Positions 46,001 through 55,642 of a stretch of DNA of 64,000 nt are shown here, in pieces (within the stretch, counting starts at the first letter, position 1; the number at the start of each line of letters is the position of its first letter). The notes beneath the pieces are model-generated. The model made no database searches. It worked only from the letters and a program-made list of their open reading frames with translations, and had not been told where the DNA came from. A program made the translations under genes and the position numbers. The stretch lies in sequence record KY499642.1; one strand, given 5' to 3'.

Positions 46001-48233
46001 CTGAGATAACAACCTCTTCAAAGTTAGCCACACCGAATTCATCAAAGTCAGAAAGTGGTGCACGATAGAACGCATGTCGGATACCGTAACCATTACCAAC
46101 CCATGTGCCAATGTAATACACATAGTTGCCAAAGATAATAGGCGTTGGATCAGCGACACCTAGATTGTCAGGTAACAAGGCCACTTTATGGTTTTCACCA
46201 TTACCTGAGTTATTAAAGATAACAACCCCAGGGTGCTGATTACCCGCAGCATCTTTTAGACGAACATACATCCCATCACGAGAACCGCGCAGACAGTACA
46301 GAACTTCCCACCCTTCCGGCAAGGTGCCCGGACGATAACGCGTTGCCGTGGCAACGTAGTCAGTAATACTACCATCGCTTAGGAACGTAGCGTACGCGTA
46401 GAAGATACCTTGAGTAACTAAGTCATAACCGTTACGGTAGAAGATACATTTACCATCCTCTTCTACAAAGCCTGCCATCTGGCGTGCCGACTGGTAGTGA
46501 CCAGAACCTTCATACGAGCCTTGGACTGGAATAGGCAGCCAGTGGTTACCGCCATATTGAGTGATGTCAATTACATCATCGGGTAGGCGCGTACTAGTTA
46601 CAAACTCCAAGTCCATTACTTCGGTGTTCAAGTCCGACAGTTTAGCCGCAGAGAAACCGCGGTCAGTTGCACTTGACGTAGGATCATCACTTAAGAACGT
46701 GATACCATAGGTAGCCTCAGTAGCACGCGCAAAGCCCATTTCCGCAAAGGAGTGCGTGTGGTCACCCACTGCTTTATTCGCCAGTAGGTTCTCATGGTTC
46801 TGATTGACAGGCATATCCATATCGCTCAGGTTATCCACGTTACCTAAACCAAACTTGTCCTTAGTAAGGGTAATGTCGCGGTCAAGTCGAATGCCATTGA
46901 TTTTAACCGTGTCTGGAACCTTGGCTTTAATCTTAGCATCTACTTTAGCAGTGCCTTGACTTAACGCCACCTTAGTAGGTTGGTCTTTGGTTTCATCAAC
47001 AGTACCTACGGCAATACCAGAAACCGATGTTGTTGCGTCATCAAGTGTTGCGTCAGCCTTTAACGGATTACCTGCGACACCCTTACCTGAGAAATTCAGC
47101 GAAACACTGTCCTTAGTTTGGATATCGATGATGTGAGTGCCTGCGTCTGGCACATGCGCTTCTAAGTTACCGTCATGAATGATGGTCTTGTCATTGATAC
47201 GCAAGTCATCATCCGTTTGAGTCGCACCACGCGACGTTACAGTTAGTTCTACATCGCCAGAACGTAAGGTCGCCTTAGCACCCGGACTGTTCTTGTCTCT
47301 ATCAGCATGAACCAACGCATCAGAGATAGCGTCGAAACCAATGTTACCATTCGACATGTTAATACGCAGATACGCATTGTTTGAATGTAAGAACTCGATG
47401 AACATCAGACCGTCTTTCAGTACGATATCGCCTACTACAGTGTTACCGCCACTACGCTTAACGTAGTTATCCAAGTCAGCTTGAGTGATACCACGAGAGT
47501 TCACATAGTCAGCCAATTGGTTGATGGTCATGCCAGCGACTTTAGCCGTGTCTTTAGCGATACCTGCTTCATGCAGCGCTTGTGACTCGAACCATACTTC
47601 CCCGTGAGGGTTATTGAAGTTGTCTTGATGTGTCTTTAGAGGAGACTCATCCACAACCTTTTTCAGTTGCAGGAACCAATCATCCAACAGCATGTACATG
47701 TCGTTAGTCGTTTGGTCTTTGTTACGAACCACATCTGCGATTTCACGAATTGCAGTTTGAACGTTCTCTTCATCTACGAAGGTATCGCGGTCGAACTGTA
47801 GGTCAACTGGTGGGAACACAGGATCGTCATTAATGACTTCTTCCCATGTTGCGTGTTGTGGGTCAGTTTGACGATTTGTTAGGTAGTCGTCAATGATTGA
47901 ACGTTGGACAGGGAACTTACCGCCAAGTGTGCGATATTTAACTGTTACCGTTCCTGAAAGTTTCGGGTTGACAATCCAGATACCGCTATACATCAACTTA
48001 CCAGTACGCTCAATACCAGTAAAGTATTTATGCGATAGGTAGTAGTCAACACCCATGAGCAACGGTTTGTTGTTGCACTTAACTTCAATCTCCAAGTCTT
48101 CAAAGAACGGAGCGAAGTTAGGGATGATGACACGGTACGGGGACATTGTCGCACTTAGCACATGCGCTTCGTCACGTACGATGTTGTCATCGTTAGCAGC
48201 ATGTGGGTCAAACGCATACGCAAACTGTGGCAT
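43089..48233 (-). CDS. large tail/baseplate fibre protein (paralog 3) with TSP_C-like domain near C-terminus
   Basis: FAYAFDP N-term, NNPH, FGLGNVDN, NGDDDWIGVIF...VRFGYCAQSQ. Confidence 0.85.
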   Translation of the reverse strand: MPQFAYAFDPHAANDDNIVRDEAHVLSATMSPYRVIIPNFAPFFEDLEIEVKCNNKPLLMGVDYYLSHKYFTGIERTGKLMYSGIWIVNPKLSGTVTVKYRTLGGKFPVQRSIIDDYLTNRQTDPQHATWEEVINDDPVFPPVDLQFDRDTFVDEENVQTAIREIADVVRNKDQTTNDMYMLLDDWFLQLKKVVDESPLKTHQDNFNNPHGEVWFESQALHEAGIAKDTAKVAGMTINQLADYVNSRGITQADLDNYVKRSGGNTVVGDIVLKDGLMFIEFLHSNNAYLRINMSNGNIGFDAISDALVHADRDKNSPGAKATLRSGDVELTVTSRGATQTDDDLRINDKTIIHDGNLEAHVPDAGTHIIDIQTKDSVSLNFSGKGVAGNPLKADATLDDATTSVSGIAVGTVDETKDQPTKVALSQGTAKVDAKIKAKVPDTVKINGIRLDRDITLTKDKFGLGNVDNLSDMDMPVNQNHENLLANKAVGDHTHSFAEMGFARATEATYGITFLSDDPTSSATDRGFSAAKLSDLNTEVMDLEFVTSTRLPDDVIDITQYGGNHWLPIPVQGSYEGSGHYQSARQMAGFVEEDGKCIFYRNGYDLVTQGIFYAYATFLSDGSITDYVATATRYRPGTLPEGWEVLYCLRGSRDGMYVRLKDAAGNQHPGVVIFNNSGNGENHKVALLPDNLGVADPTPIIFGNYVYYIGTWVGNGYGIRHAFYRAPLSDFDEFGVANFEEVVISGTDFFNEQQSGSTIVLCRNDWSDDENAEAICIRKDTRYSINPRWNNIGLAMAIKGDLLRIFVKVGSYESSSFDSSRYNWSYSVTVNLATRQLVIDSGRNLPYVFNGRNNYGGNMGANNSQSMGWMNGGNIGAGEISDGKFTAVWHTHNESTPSAGGQKYNNADYFDSLHAANRSIQTIGSRPSLTGNFGSAVGVMQRHVAMLPNRYLHSYSGWNMCKFVPNYTFANGMKGYGPHVDRKYAGDWRKYRHNVYFTNGSDVELAFGGILHKASLSTWTTMDASHNTSGSISTTVEHLDALSAALEPIFEADAGSDTLQGVDVVVYILPDERIPPMWTAVGRFVKASDGAVRSINKVGTLENVPRSGSVGNFRVRGTLGSAGGASRYASYSSPRDYLPNSGIIDDEASGKMLFVLNTNCSFYYGSHTKSFLVEIDYSSGTPDPAHMHNTDMYSYRAGGMMITKDYGLVIPLQHNSFTAITARHIGKTAADWKVFYANKDSYKETVVLHTSQVAEGWVVYFTQDVQFFINSTRFMIPETGLDLSTLFPSTYKSNTFYIYASVEGGVAHYVIKEQYVADSSTEIYIGFCRTTDEKIVDLQVNRATRMGDFREFTEHLTDPKPHGLDLSQVTTDDIGLGLLENKDIRHSLVVPTFKEIFDGWYRLSHQAEKPYPAIPAETTTWSYNAATDSIFNTTNSSSFVGMVSPADVTVGDYDFITGVNSANGDDDWIGVIFAMVEKDGIQHTLTALCSGTDTRNDHFSVHYNWNQTANRGQKTLYSHTTALKHGWDEIPERIITVKRRGDVFTIHVTKMMTDAATERTFSFDVKDHPELAALFRGAVRFGYCAQSQASSTWRNILRPDEDGKNFYASQKLYRDNFSWSSRLKTISGVVAPTVNGGDTDTYDVPIPVEYRDMNYHAWYNIDQSSDSGGGITTMALSHERVGDVIRFTALSHNRGGFYTALLRYNITFFNDVRMI

Positions 48234-48337
48234 TGTTTTTCACCTCATGTGTTAATAAAATTCGTTAGAAACCAGTCACGTGTCGGACTGGCTTATAGTC
48301 ATAGTATGAACGACTCAGTATTAATAGGAGCAACCAT

Positions 48338-49576
48338 ATGTCCAGCCATTACACACTGGCACCGACTCCAGCATTTGCCAAAACTAAAGATACGAATCGC
48401 TGGATTGAAGTTGATATTTCCGATAAGCCGCTTAAGGATTTATTCGCCCTCTATCGTAAGGTAGAAGTTCCAGTCTTTGATTTCTTCGGTAAAGCGCTGA
48501 CTTTATTTCTTTACGACTTTGAGCGTGAGTTAAAGAATCGTGATTACACACTGTCTAGTTGGTTTGAGCGAATCGCTGACCGCCGATTAGATTTAACGGA
48601 TGGTCATCCATCGTTAACATTCTCTTACGCTAACTATGTTCCAGTCAACTATCACAGTTCTACGATTAAGCCCGCTAAGGCAGGTTACCACCCATCGCAA
48701 GAAGTTGCGGTAGAAGACTACGACGATTTGATCATTGACATCGAGGGTTATGACCCTGCGTATGTCACCAAGCACTGTTTATTCAGTGTGAATGGTTTTG
48801 TCTTCCCATCTAAGTATCAGGATTACGGGGTACGTGTTCTACATGCTGCCGATGCTGTCCGTGATAGTCAGAATATGGAAGCAGGTTTCTTGAACTTTGA
48901 AAAGATTGGTACTATCCGTCAGGTTCCTATTACTAAGAACATGATCACCAAGATTGATGAAAGTAAGACGTGGTTCGACCGCATCACTATCGACACAACC
49001 GAATACATCGGCAATAAGACCGTAGGCATCGTCTTAGGCGGCTATTTGCATTTACTTGATGGTTTGGTTAAAGTCATCGGTCCGAACACTCTGTCGCTCT
49101 CTATGCGCAACTACAACCTACGTGAGCGCGTAATGAACTCAATGAAAGAGTTGGACTTGGAGTTCATGGGCTTAGACCAAGTGAACAACAGCGTACCACT
49201 CAATGAGTTCTTGAACGAAGAGAATGTTGTTAATTACCTTACCAGTAAATATAGCTTTCTGGTTTTAATTGACAATACCGAGATGTCTGTCGATTACGAA
49301 GGTGTATCAAGCACAGCGATGTTGGGTACGTACATCATTCCTAAAGACCATCGTCTAGGTCGTCTGGTTGACCATATCGGTAAAGGTTTAGATTACTGGC
49401 CGAATTACGAATGTGGACAGTGGGCATTAAAGACTACACGTTTTAATGTGGCTTCTGACTTGTATGAAACAAACGGTTGGGAAAAGCTTACTCGTTTGAA
49501 TGACGCTGCCGTTGGACATAAACCAACTGAAGAGTTACAAGTTCGAATGATTAACTATTTTGGTCGAGACAAATAA
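48338..49576 (+). CDS. putative virion structural protein (phiKZ-like, fibre-cluster neighbour)
   Basis: 412 aa ORF, AGGAG SD, divergent from fibre cluster; function inferred from context. Confidence 0.7.
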   Translation: MSSHYTLAPTPAFAKTKDTNRWIEVDISDKPLKDLFALYRKVEVPVFDFFGKALTLFLYDFERELKNRDYTLSSWFERIADRRLDLTDGHPSLTFSYANYVPVNYHSSTIKPAKAGYHPSQEVAVEDYDDLIIDIEGYDPAYVTKHCLFSVNGFVFPSKYQDYGVRVLHAADAVRDSQNMEAGFLNFEKIGTIRQVPITKNMITKIDESKTWFDRITIDTTEYIGNKTVGIVLGGYLHLLDGLVKVIGPNTLSLSMRNYNLRERVMNSMKELDLEFMGLDQVNNSVPLNEFLNEENVVNYLTSKYSFLVLIDNTEMSVDYEGVSSTAMLGTYIIPKDHRLGRLVDHIGKGLDYWPNYECGQWALKTTRFNVASDLYETNGWEKLTRLNDAAVGHKPTEELQVRMINYFGRDK

Positions 49577-49621
49577 AAAAGTTGGAGAGAGGGTTTAGCC
49601 CTCTCCCTCTTTTATTTTTTT
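49575..49621 (+). terminator. intrinsic terminator
   Basis: GAGAGGG-TTTAG-CCCTCTC then T-run; A-run upstream. Confidence 0.8.
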
Positions 49622-49894
49622 GGATCTCCCTTTCCTCTCTTCCTTTCTCCTTTCCTTAACAATCCATACCACTATCCATCTCTCCTATCCCTCACGCGCG
49701 GCTCCAGTCGCGCTCTCCCACACAGGAGAGCCCTCCCAAGGAACCGCTTCAAGGCCGCTATTAAATAGACGTCTGAGTTAAAATTTACTGTACATTTTGT
49801 GTACAGGGATTTTAACGGCTTTAACTCTATGAATAATAATAGGGTATATTCATAGGTAAAGTTAAAGCCTAATGGATCATTTTTTAGAGAGTAT
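49622..49894. other. non-coding structured region (polypyrimidine tract plus several inverted repeats)
   Basis: see finding; no credible ORF. Confidence 0.6.
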
Positions 49895-50965
49895 CTAGTG
49901 CGGCCCGTGTGAGTCGAAGTTGCCCGACTTCGCTTTGATTGAGTCACACTCAATAGTGTCTGCTTTAAGCCCGCCAGTAACTTGCAGCCCTTTCTTAAAC
50001 TCTGCAAAGTTGTTGACCACACAAAGACCACCACCGCCGGAGCCGCCACCACCTACTGATAGACCTGCACATGTCAATAGACCTGTCGCAACTGTCTTAG
50101 GCGCATTAGAGGTTACTTTGTCTGCTTTGAAGAGGATGTCTGAGGCGACGTAGGAGATGTTAGTTGCTTTTGCTGTCCACTTGGTGGTTTTGAAGTCGAT
50201 GGTATCACTACTATCAACCGTCCACGCACTGGTCTTGAACGAAATAGACTTGCTCGCATTTAGTATAAAGTCCGTACATTCCCATTTCACCGTGTTCTCT
50301 GCTTTGAAGTACATACTGTCTGGTGCATAACCGTAGATGTTCTTCTTATCTAAGCGGAACTCCGTCTCCATGGCATTCTTAAAACCAATAACGGTATCTG
50401 CACTATTGAGATACATGATGTTGTTATCTGTATCTACAAGCTGGAAGACACCGTCCCCTGTATTTAACTGCATGGTGTAACCAAAGGGCTCACCGTTTGC
50501 CTGTGACGTCTGTAGAGTGATAGACTTGTTGTGTGTCGATAGCTCTAAGAAGTAAGCGTTGGATAAGTCATCTTTGATTGGATTGTTTGGATCGGCTGAC
50601 CAAGCATACACAACCGTTTCTAAACGCTTAACATTAGAGACGTTCATATCTGTCCAGAAATAGCGGTCAGTGTTACCTAGACGCCAGATAAGGACTTGGT
50701 CATTACGACGTACGTCCGGTGCGGTGATTCGGTTGGTATTGAACTTCAACCATTTTGCAGTAACCGCAGTACCACGGACTACGTTAACAATCTCTTCACC
50801 TTCATCGGTTTGATAGGCTTCTTCATCTTCCTCTGGTTGGTCTAACACCGACTCCAATACCCCGAAGCGGTATTCAATCGGCACAACCTTAATCTCCTTC
50901 TCACCGAGGTTCTTAACGTTGGCAACCAATCCCCACGAGTGAAAATGGAGTTGTGATAATTCCAT
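49895..50965 (-). CDS. probable baseplate central spike (OB-fold plus beta-helix)
   Basis: N-term GLVA...EI.V.P...VTAKW...APDVR..DQV; short beta-strand repeats; His-containing tip SHGPH. Confidence 0.65.
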   Translation of the reverse strand: MELSQLHFHSWGLVANVKNLGEKEIKVVPIEYRFGVLESVLDQPEEDEEAYQTDEGEEIVNVVRGTAVTAKWLKFNTNRITAPDVRRNDQVLIWRLGNTDRYFWTDMNVSNVKRLETVVYAWSADPNNPIKDDLSNAYFLELSTHNKSITLQTSQANGEPFGYTMQLNTGDGVFQLVDTDNNIMYLNSADTVIGFKNAMETEFRLDKKNIYGYAPDSMYFKAENTVKWECTDFILNASKSISFKTSAWTVDSSDTIDFKTTKWTAKATNISYVASDILFKADKVTSNAPKTVATGLLTCAGLSVGGGGSGGGGLCVVNNFAEFKKGLQVTGGLKADTIECDSIKAKSGNFDSHGPH

Positions 50966-51064
50966 AATAGCTCCCAGTTGATAAATTCTCTATATGATGA
51001 CCACTTAATTAATTACAGATGCGGTTAGATGTATGTAGGATAAACATTTACTCTAGGAGTTTGC

Positions 51065-51895
51065 ATGGAAAAGCAACGTGCATTCCTCAAGTGGGCAGGT
51101 GGAAAGTATTCTACAATGGAACACATCCATAAAGTGCTGCCCGATGGCGACTTACTGATTGAACCGTTTGTCGGTGCGGGTAATGTGTTCCTCAATACGA
51201 ACTTTAAGTCGTATGTTCTAATGGATGCAAATCGTGATTTGTCAGACCTTTACACAATACTTACCAAGTATGGTCAGACGTTCATTGATGAATGTAAAGC
51301 AATGTTCACGCCCGAGAACAATACGGAAAAGCGTTACTACGAAATACGTACTGAGTTTAATACCTCTAGCGACCCAAGAGTCCGGGCACGTATCTTCGTC
51401 TATTTGAATCGACATGGTTTTAATGGATTATGTCGATACAATCGTAGCGGTTGGTTTAATGTGGCGTACGGCAAATATAAGAAACCTTATTTTCCTGAAG
51501 AGGAAATGCAAGCGTTCCATAAAAAGGCAGTGGAAACAAAAGCTGTGTTTCTGTGGAATAAGTTTCAAGATTGCTTTAAAGCGATTCATGCTTTTACACA
51601 CTTAGGTAGAATTGTCGTCTATTGTGATCCGCCGTATGTGCCGTTATCTCCCACTGCAAACTTCACTTCGTATTGTGTAGATGGTTTTCGTCATGAAGAC
51701 CAAGAGATGCTTGCTGAATGTGCACGCAATGCATCTGTCCCTGTGGTTATTTCCAATCACGATACTGACGTTAGTCGTCAACTGTATCATGATGCGGATA
51801 TTACATCTTTTGAAATTCAGCGCAGCATTAGTTGTGTTGGTGAAACTCGTATTAAGGCCAAAGAACTCTTGGCTGTATTCAACAAGGATAAATAA
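51065..51895 (+). CDS. dam: DNA adenine methyltransferase (Dam family)
   Basis: FLKWAGGK, EPFVGAG, YLNRHGFNGLCRYN, VYCDPPY. Confidence 0.95.
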   Translation: MEKQRAFLKWAGGKYSTMEHIHKVLPDGDLLIEPFVGAGNVFLNTNFKSYVLMDANRDLSDLYTILTKYGQTFIDECKAMFTPENNTEKRYYEIRTEFNTSSDPRVRARIFVYLNRHGFNGLCRYNRSGWFNVAYGKYKKPYFPEEEMQAFHKKAVETKAVFLWNKFQDCFKAIHAFTHLGRIVVYCDPPYVPLSPTANFTSYCVDGFRHEDQEMLAECARNASVPVVISNHDTDVSRQLYHDADITSFEIQRSISCVGETRIKAKELLAVFNKDK

Positions 51896-52710
51896 TGAAA
51901 GCTATCATTACACCAGCTACTTTCTCTCCAGTTAAACTGTCTCGCGTACTGCACGCACTTACTCGTGTAGGTCAGTTACACGTGAACGAGCACGGTGAGC
52001 TATTCGGTAACTACGATGAAGCAACTACGTGTCCACAAGACGGACGTAAAGAAATCTCTGGTGAGCAGTTCTATGGTTACCTTGGTCTTGAAACACTGGG
52101 TCCAATTAAAGAACTCGGCTGGAAAGACGGCGCGTTCACTTACAAAGGTTTCCCGGTTATCGAAGTGGGCGGTGTGGCACAAGTTGAAGATGAATTCATC
52201 AGCGGTACACCAGTTGCTACGTTCGATGCTGACCAAGTTGTCTCTCAGCTTCTGAACCTTGAAGGTCAGGAAGAGAAGAACATGGAAAACATCCGTAATG
52301 CAGTACAGCGTTCACGTGGTCTTAACCTAATCATGCGCTCGCTTGTGTTCAAGCTGTTTAACCTGGTTAAAGTTCGCGAACTGTACGTCGAAGATCCAAA
52401 CGTTTCTATGGATGAGCGTGAACGTATCCTTAACGACCGTAACACTGAAGCCGAACAAATTCGCCTTAAGTCAATGTCTAACATTGCAAACAATATGGCG
52501 TCTTACGTAATGGTTGGTTCTGGTGACGAGTTTGAAGTTCGTCAAGCACGCAGCGCACTACGTACCGCACGTTCACTGGGTAGTCTAACAATTGCAGAAG
52601 CAGCAAGCTTCGCCGATTACAGCTTCTACTACAAAGAAGATGAAGCGGTTCGTGAAGACACCTTCAAAATGTCTGAGCTGCTTGAACTGGGCATGCCTAT
52701 CTCTATCTAA
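51895..52710 (+). CDS. hypothetical protein
   Basis: TAATG coupling; strongly biased codon usage. Confidence 0.85.
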   Translation: MKAIITPATFSPVKLSRVLHALTRVGQLHVNEHGELFGNYDEATTCPQDGRKEISGEQFYGYLGLETLGPIKELGWKDGAFTYKGFPVIEVGGVAQVEDEFISGTPVATFDADQVVSQLLNLEGQEEKNMENIRNAVQRSRGLNLIMRSLVFKLFNLVKVRELYVEDPNVSMDERERILNDRNTEAEQIRLKSMSNIANNMASYVMVGSGDEFEVRQARSALRTARSLGSLTIAEAASFADYSFYYKEDEAVREDTFKMSELLELGMPISI

Positions 52711-52725
52711 TTGATAGTTACAATT

Positions 52726-52754
52726 GAGGGTCTTCGGACCCTCTCTTTTATTTG
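52726..52754 (+). terminator. intrinsic terminator
   Basis: GAGGGTC-TTCG-GACCCTC then T-rich tail. Confidence 0.85.
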
Positions 52755-52824
52755 TCTCAATAAAGTTGGTATTTTTTAATGCGTAGTATGATGCTATAGA
52801 CAACTGTATACTAAGGACAATTCC

Positions 52825-53103
52825 ATGGAAAAGAAAATCACTGTATCGCAAGAACTGTTTGACCAAATGTCTACAGTTGAAGAGCAATCCGCTATCCCGG
52901 CTGATAAAGCGCTTGAGATGGCAAAGGAAGCCAAGGGCGGTACTTGGTATTCTGATGAATATGTGCCATATTGCGGTGCCCGTAACTGTATGATAATGCC
53001 ACGTACGATTAAAGAACCGTATGGCTATCGCTGCCCTGCCTGTAAGAACATGATTGGTCATGATTACAAACGACTAAAAGAATCACCGTTAAACTACCGA
53101 TAA
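52825..53103 (+). CDS. small zinc-ribbon protein
   Basis: YVPYCGARNC...RCPACKNMIG. Confidence 0.8.
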   Translation: MEKKITVSQELFDQMSTVEEQSAIPADKALEMAKEAKGGTWYSDEYVPYCGARNCMIMPRTIKEPYGYRCPACKNMIGHDYKRLKESPLNYR

Positions 53104-53112
53104 GAAAACGCT

Positions 53113-55599
53113 ATGAACCTCACTATTGAATCCATTAAGCTTGTTGGGTTTACTGGAATGTGGCTTAACGATATTAAGCATTTCGAAATGACTGTTCGAG
53201 AAGCCATTACCCTGATCCTTGGACGTAATGGTTCGGGTAAGTCACGTTTGATGGCGCAGTTAAGTCCACTTGCACCTGCTAAGTCTGACTTCTACGACAA
53301 AGGCTTTAAAGAGATTGTCTGTGACAACGGTAAACGCTACCGCCTTACTTGTTCTAAGCACGGTAAGTCTCTGAAATGTACTATCGTGAACGAAACTGAC
53401 AACGAAGTGATTTGTGAAAACGCTAACCCAAGTGTGTACAATCGTTTCGTTAAAGAAATCTTCAACTACGATAAAGACCTGCATGATTTGTTTACAGGAC
53501 AAGTACGTCTAACTGAGATGCGTACTCCTGAGCGCCGTAAATGGTTCAGCATGCTGTCTGAATCTGACTTGACCTATGCGTTGAACTTCTACAAGAAAGC
53601 GCGTGAGATGAACCGTGATGTCTCTGGTACGATTAAAACCCTAAAGCGTTCAATTGGCGAGTTGCGTCCTTTGGTATTGGAACGTGAAGAAGACTACCAA
53701 GCCTTAGGGAAGCGTATCGGTACTTTGCAGGCTGACATTACGAAGATTGAAACACAGCTTCGTGATTTGAACTACGACATGTCGATTAGCGATAACGACA
53801 TCGAGTTGGTTGAGAAACATCTGGACAACATCAACCGTGAAGTTGCGAAGATGGAATTGTGGTTACCGTCTAACTACGAAGATTATGACGCAGCGGAGAT
53901 TGAACGTTCGTTATCTTTCTTAATGGCTAAGAAAGAAGGGATGCTGTCTAAGTTGGAAGACTTAGAGAATCGTATCGCCAAAGCGAATGCAATCAACAAT
54001 GTAGATATTACTGCATTGGAAACCCACCGTGATGACCAAGACATCTTTGTTACTACGGAAAGCGCTAAGCTTATCATGTTTAAAGGCTTGCTTGAAATCG
54101 ACCTGACTACTTTGAATCAGGCATATTCAGGCATGGATAGTTACTGCGACACGCTTGTTGATTCGATGACAGTTCTAACGACTGACCTACCGATTGACAA
54201 CTGCCGTAAACGACTTGACGAAGCCAAAAAGACAGCAGGTGAGTTACAACAGCAGATTAACAAGCTGATTAACCACGAAGCTACGCTGACAGCCACCCTA
54301 AAGCACGCTGAGGGTGTTTGTGATGTAACTTGTGTTAAGTGTGAGCATACGTTCAAACCGGGCGTTAGCGACCACGAGCTTGAGAATACGAAGAAGCGTC
54401 TATCCGCAACTGCGGACATGCTAACTGCTAAGAAAGCGGAGTTAGTTACTGCGGATGAAATGGTTGAGCGTTACTCTCGTTTCTGCGTGGCATCTGAGAA
54501 CATCGCAATGGCTGCCCGTAACTATAAAGTGAACGGTGCAGTTAACTTACTATTCGAATCATTGATTGAACGTCGTGCGTTCATTGAGAAACCATCAAGC
54601 CATTTAGGTTTGATTCATCAATTCCAGCGTGAGTTGGAATCGGCGGTTCATATTGCTAAAGCGAAAGAAGTGATTGCTAAATACGATCATGATATCAAAC
54701 TCGCTAAAGCAACTCAGGCAGAAGACACCACTGAACTTGAATCCATGAAGAACGTTGTGGAGAACGAGTTACATGAAGTAGGTACACGTGAGAACTACTT
54801 ACGTCAGAACTTGGACACGGCTCTTGGCATTGACCGCACACATGCGCGTGCTAAAGAGTTAGAGGTTGAGTTCCAGCGTCAGTTAGATGAACACGGTCGT
54901 ATCTCTCAGACGTTGATGTCTAACCTGAAAGCTGAAGTGCTTAACGAGCACAAAGCACAATTGTGGGATCTACTAGCCACAGCAAGACAGCGTTACAACG
55001 ACATGGAACAAGAGCGCCAAAAGCTTAAGTTCCAAGAAGAGCAGTTGGTGGATGCAGAGAAACGATTCGAAGCATCTAAGCTGTTAGTTAAGACAATGTC
55101 TCCGGATGAAGGCATCTTAGCGAAATACCTGTATCAATGTATTACACGTATTACTGATTTGATGTCGGATTACATCAGCCGTATTTGGGGCTATGAGATG
55201 CGAATCCAACCGTGTGAAGTTAGTGATGGTGAGATGGACTACAAGTTCCCATTCTGGACTAAAGATAAGTCTCGCCCTAATGAAGATGTGAGTCAAGGTT
55301 CGAAAGCTCAGAAAGAGGTTATCGACTTTGTATTCGTACTGGCAGCGTATCGTGCCATGGGACTAGAACGTTGTCCTTTGTGGCTGGATGAAATCTCATC
55401 TGGTTTTGACGAGGGACATAAGGCAGAACTGATTGACTTCGTTAAGGACTTAGTCGGTAAGCAACACCATAGCCAAGTGTTCATGGTTTCGCATGATGCG
55501 ACGACACACTTCAAACTGACACACGCAGATATCGTTGTCATTGACCCAGATGGCATTACTGTCCCTAAAGAATACAACAAGAACGCGATTATCAAGTAA
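53113..55599 (+). CDS. sbcC: SbcC/Rad50-like SMC ATPase
   Basis: Walker A GRNGSGKS, zinc hook CVKC in coiled coil, Walker B LWLDEISSGFD, H-loop SHD. Confidence 0.92.
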   Translation: MNLTIESIKLVGFTGMWLNDIKHFEMTVREAITLILGRNGSGKSRLMAQLSPLAPAKSDFYDKGFKEIVCDNGKRYRLTCSKHGKSLKCTIVNETDNEVICENANPSVYNRFVKEIFNYDKDLHDLFTGQVRLTEMRTPERRKWFSMLSESDLTYALNFYKKAREMNRDVSGTIKTLKRSIGELRPLVLEREEDYQALGKRIGTLQADITKIETQLRDLNYDMSISDNDIELVEKHLDNINREVAKMELWLPSNYEDYDAAEIERSLSFLMAKKEGMLSKLEDLENRIAKANAINNVDITALETHRDDQDIFVTTESAKLIMFKGLLEIDLTTLNQAYSGMDSYCDTLVDSMTVLTTDLPIDNCRKRLDEAKKTAGELQQQINKLINHEATLTATLKHAEGVCDVTCVKCEHTFKPGVSDHELENTKKRLSATADMLTAKKAELVTADEMVERYSRFCVASENIAMAARNYKVNGAVNLLFESLIERRAFIEKPSSHLGLIHQFQRELESAVHIAKAKEVIAKYDHDIKLAKATQAEDTTELESMKNVVENELHEVGTRENYLRQNLDTALGIDRTHARAKELEVEFQRQLDEHGRISQTLMSNLKAEVLNEHKAQLWDLLATARQRYNDMEQERQKLKFQEEQLVDAEKRFEASKLLVKTMSPDEGILAKYLYQCITRITDLMSDYISRIWGYEMRIQPCEVSDGEMDYKFPFWTKDKSRPNEDVSQGSKAQKEVIDFVFVLAAYRAMGLERCPLWLDEISSGFDEGHKAELIDFVKDLVGKQHHSQVFMVSHDATTHFKLTHADIVVIDPDGITVPKEYNKNAIIK

Positions 55600-55642
55600 T
55601 CGTGTGTTGTAACTTTGAAACTAAAGTTAAGAGAGTTTTAAA

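Noticed and set aside
34000-48464. Many 60-167 aa ORFs overlapping the fibre genes on either strand
   Set aside because: Wholly nested in long well-supported CDSs, no motifs or SDs
49672-50153. ORFs 49672-50052 (-) and 49920-50153 (+)
   Set aside because: Out-of-frame or antisense overlaps of the spike gene; the part crossing the structured gap has no coding signature
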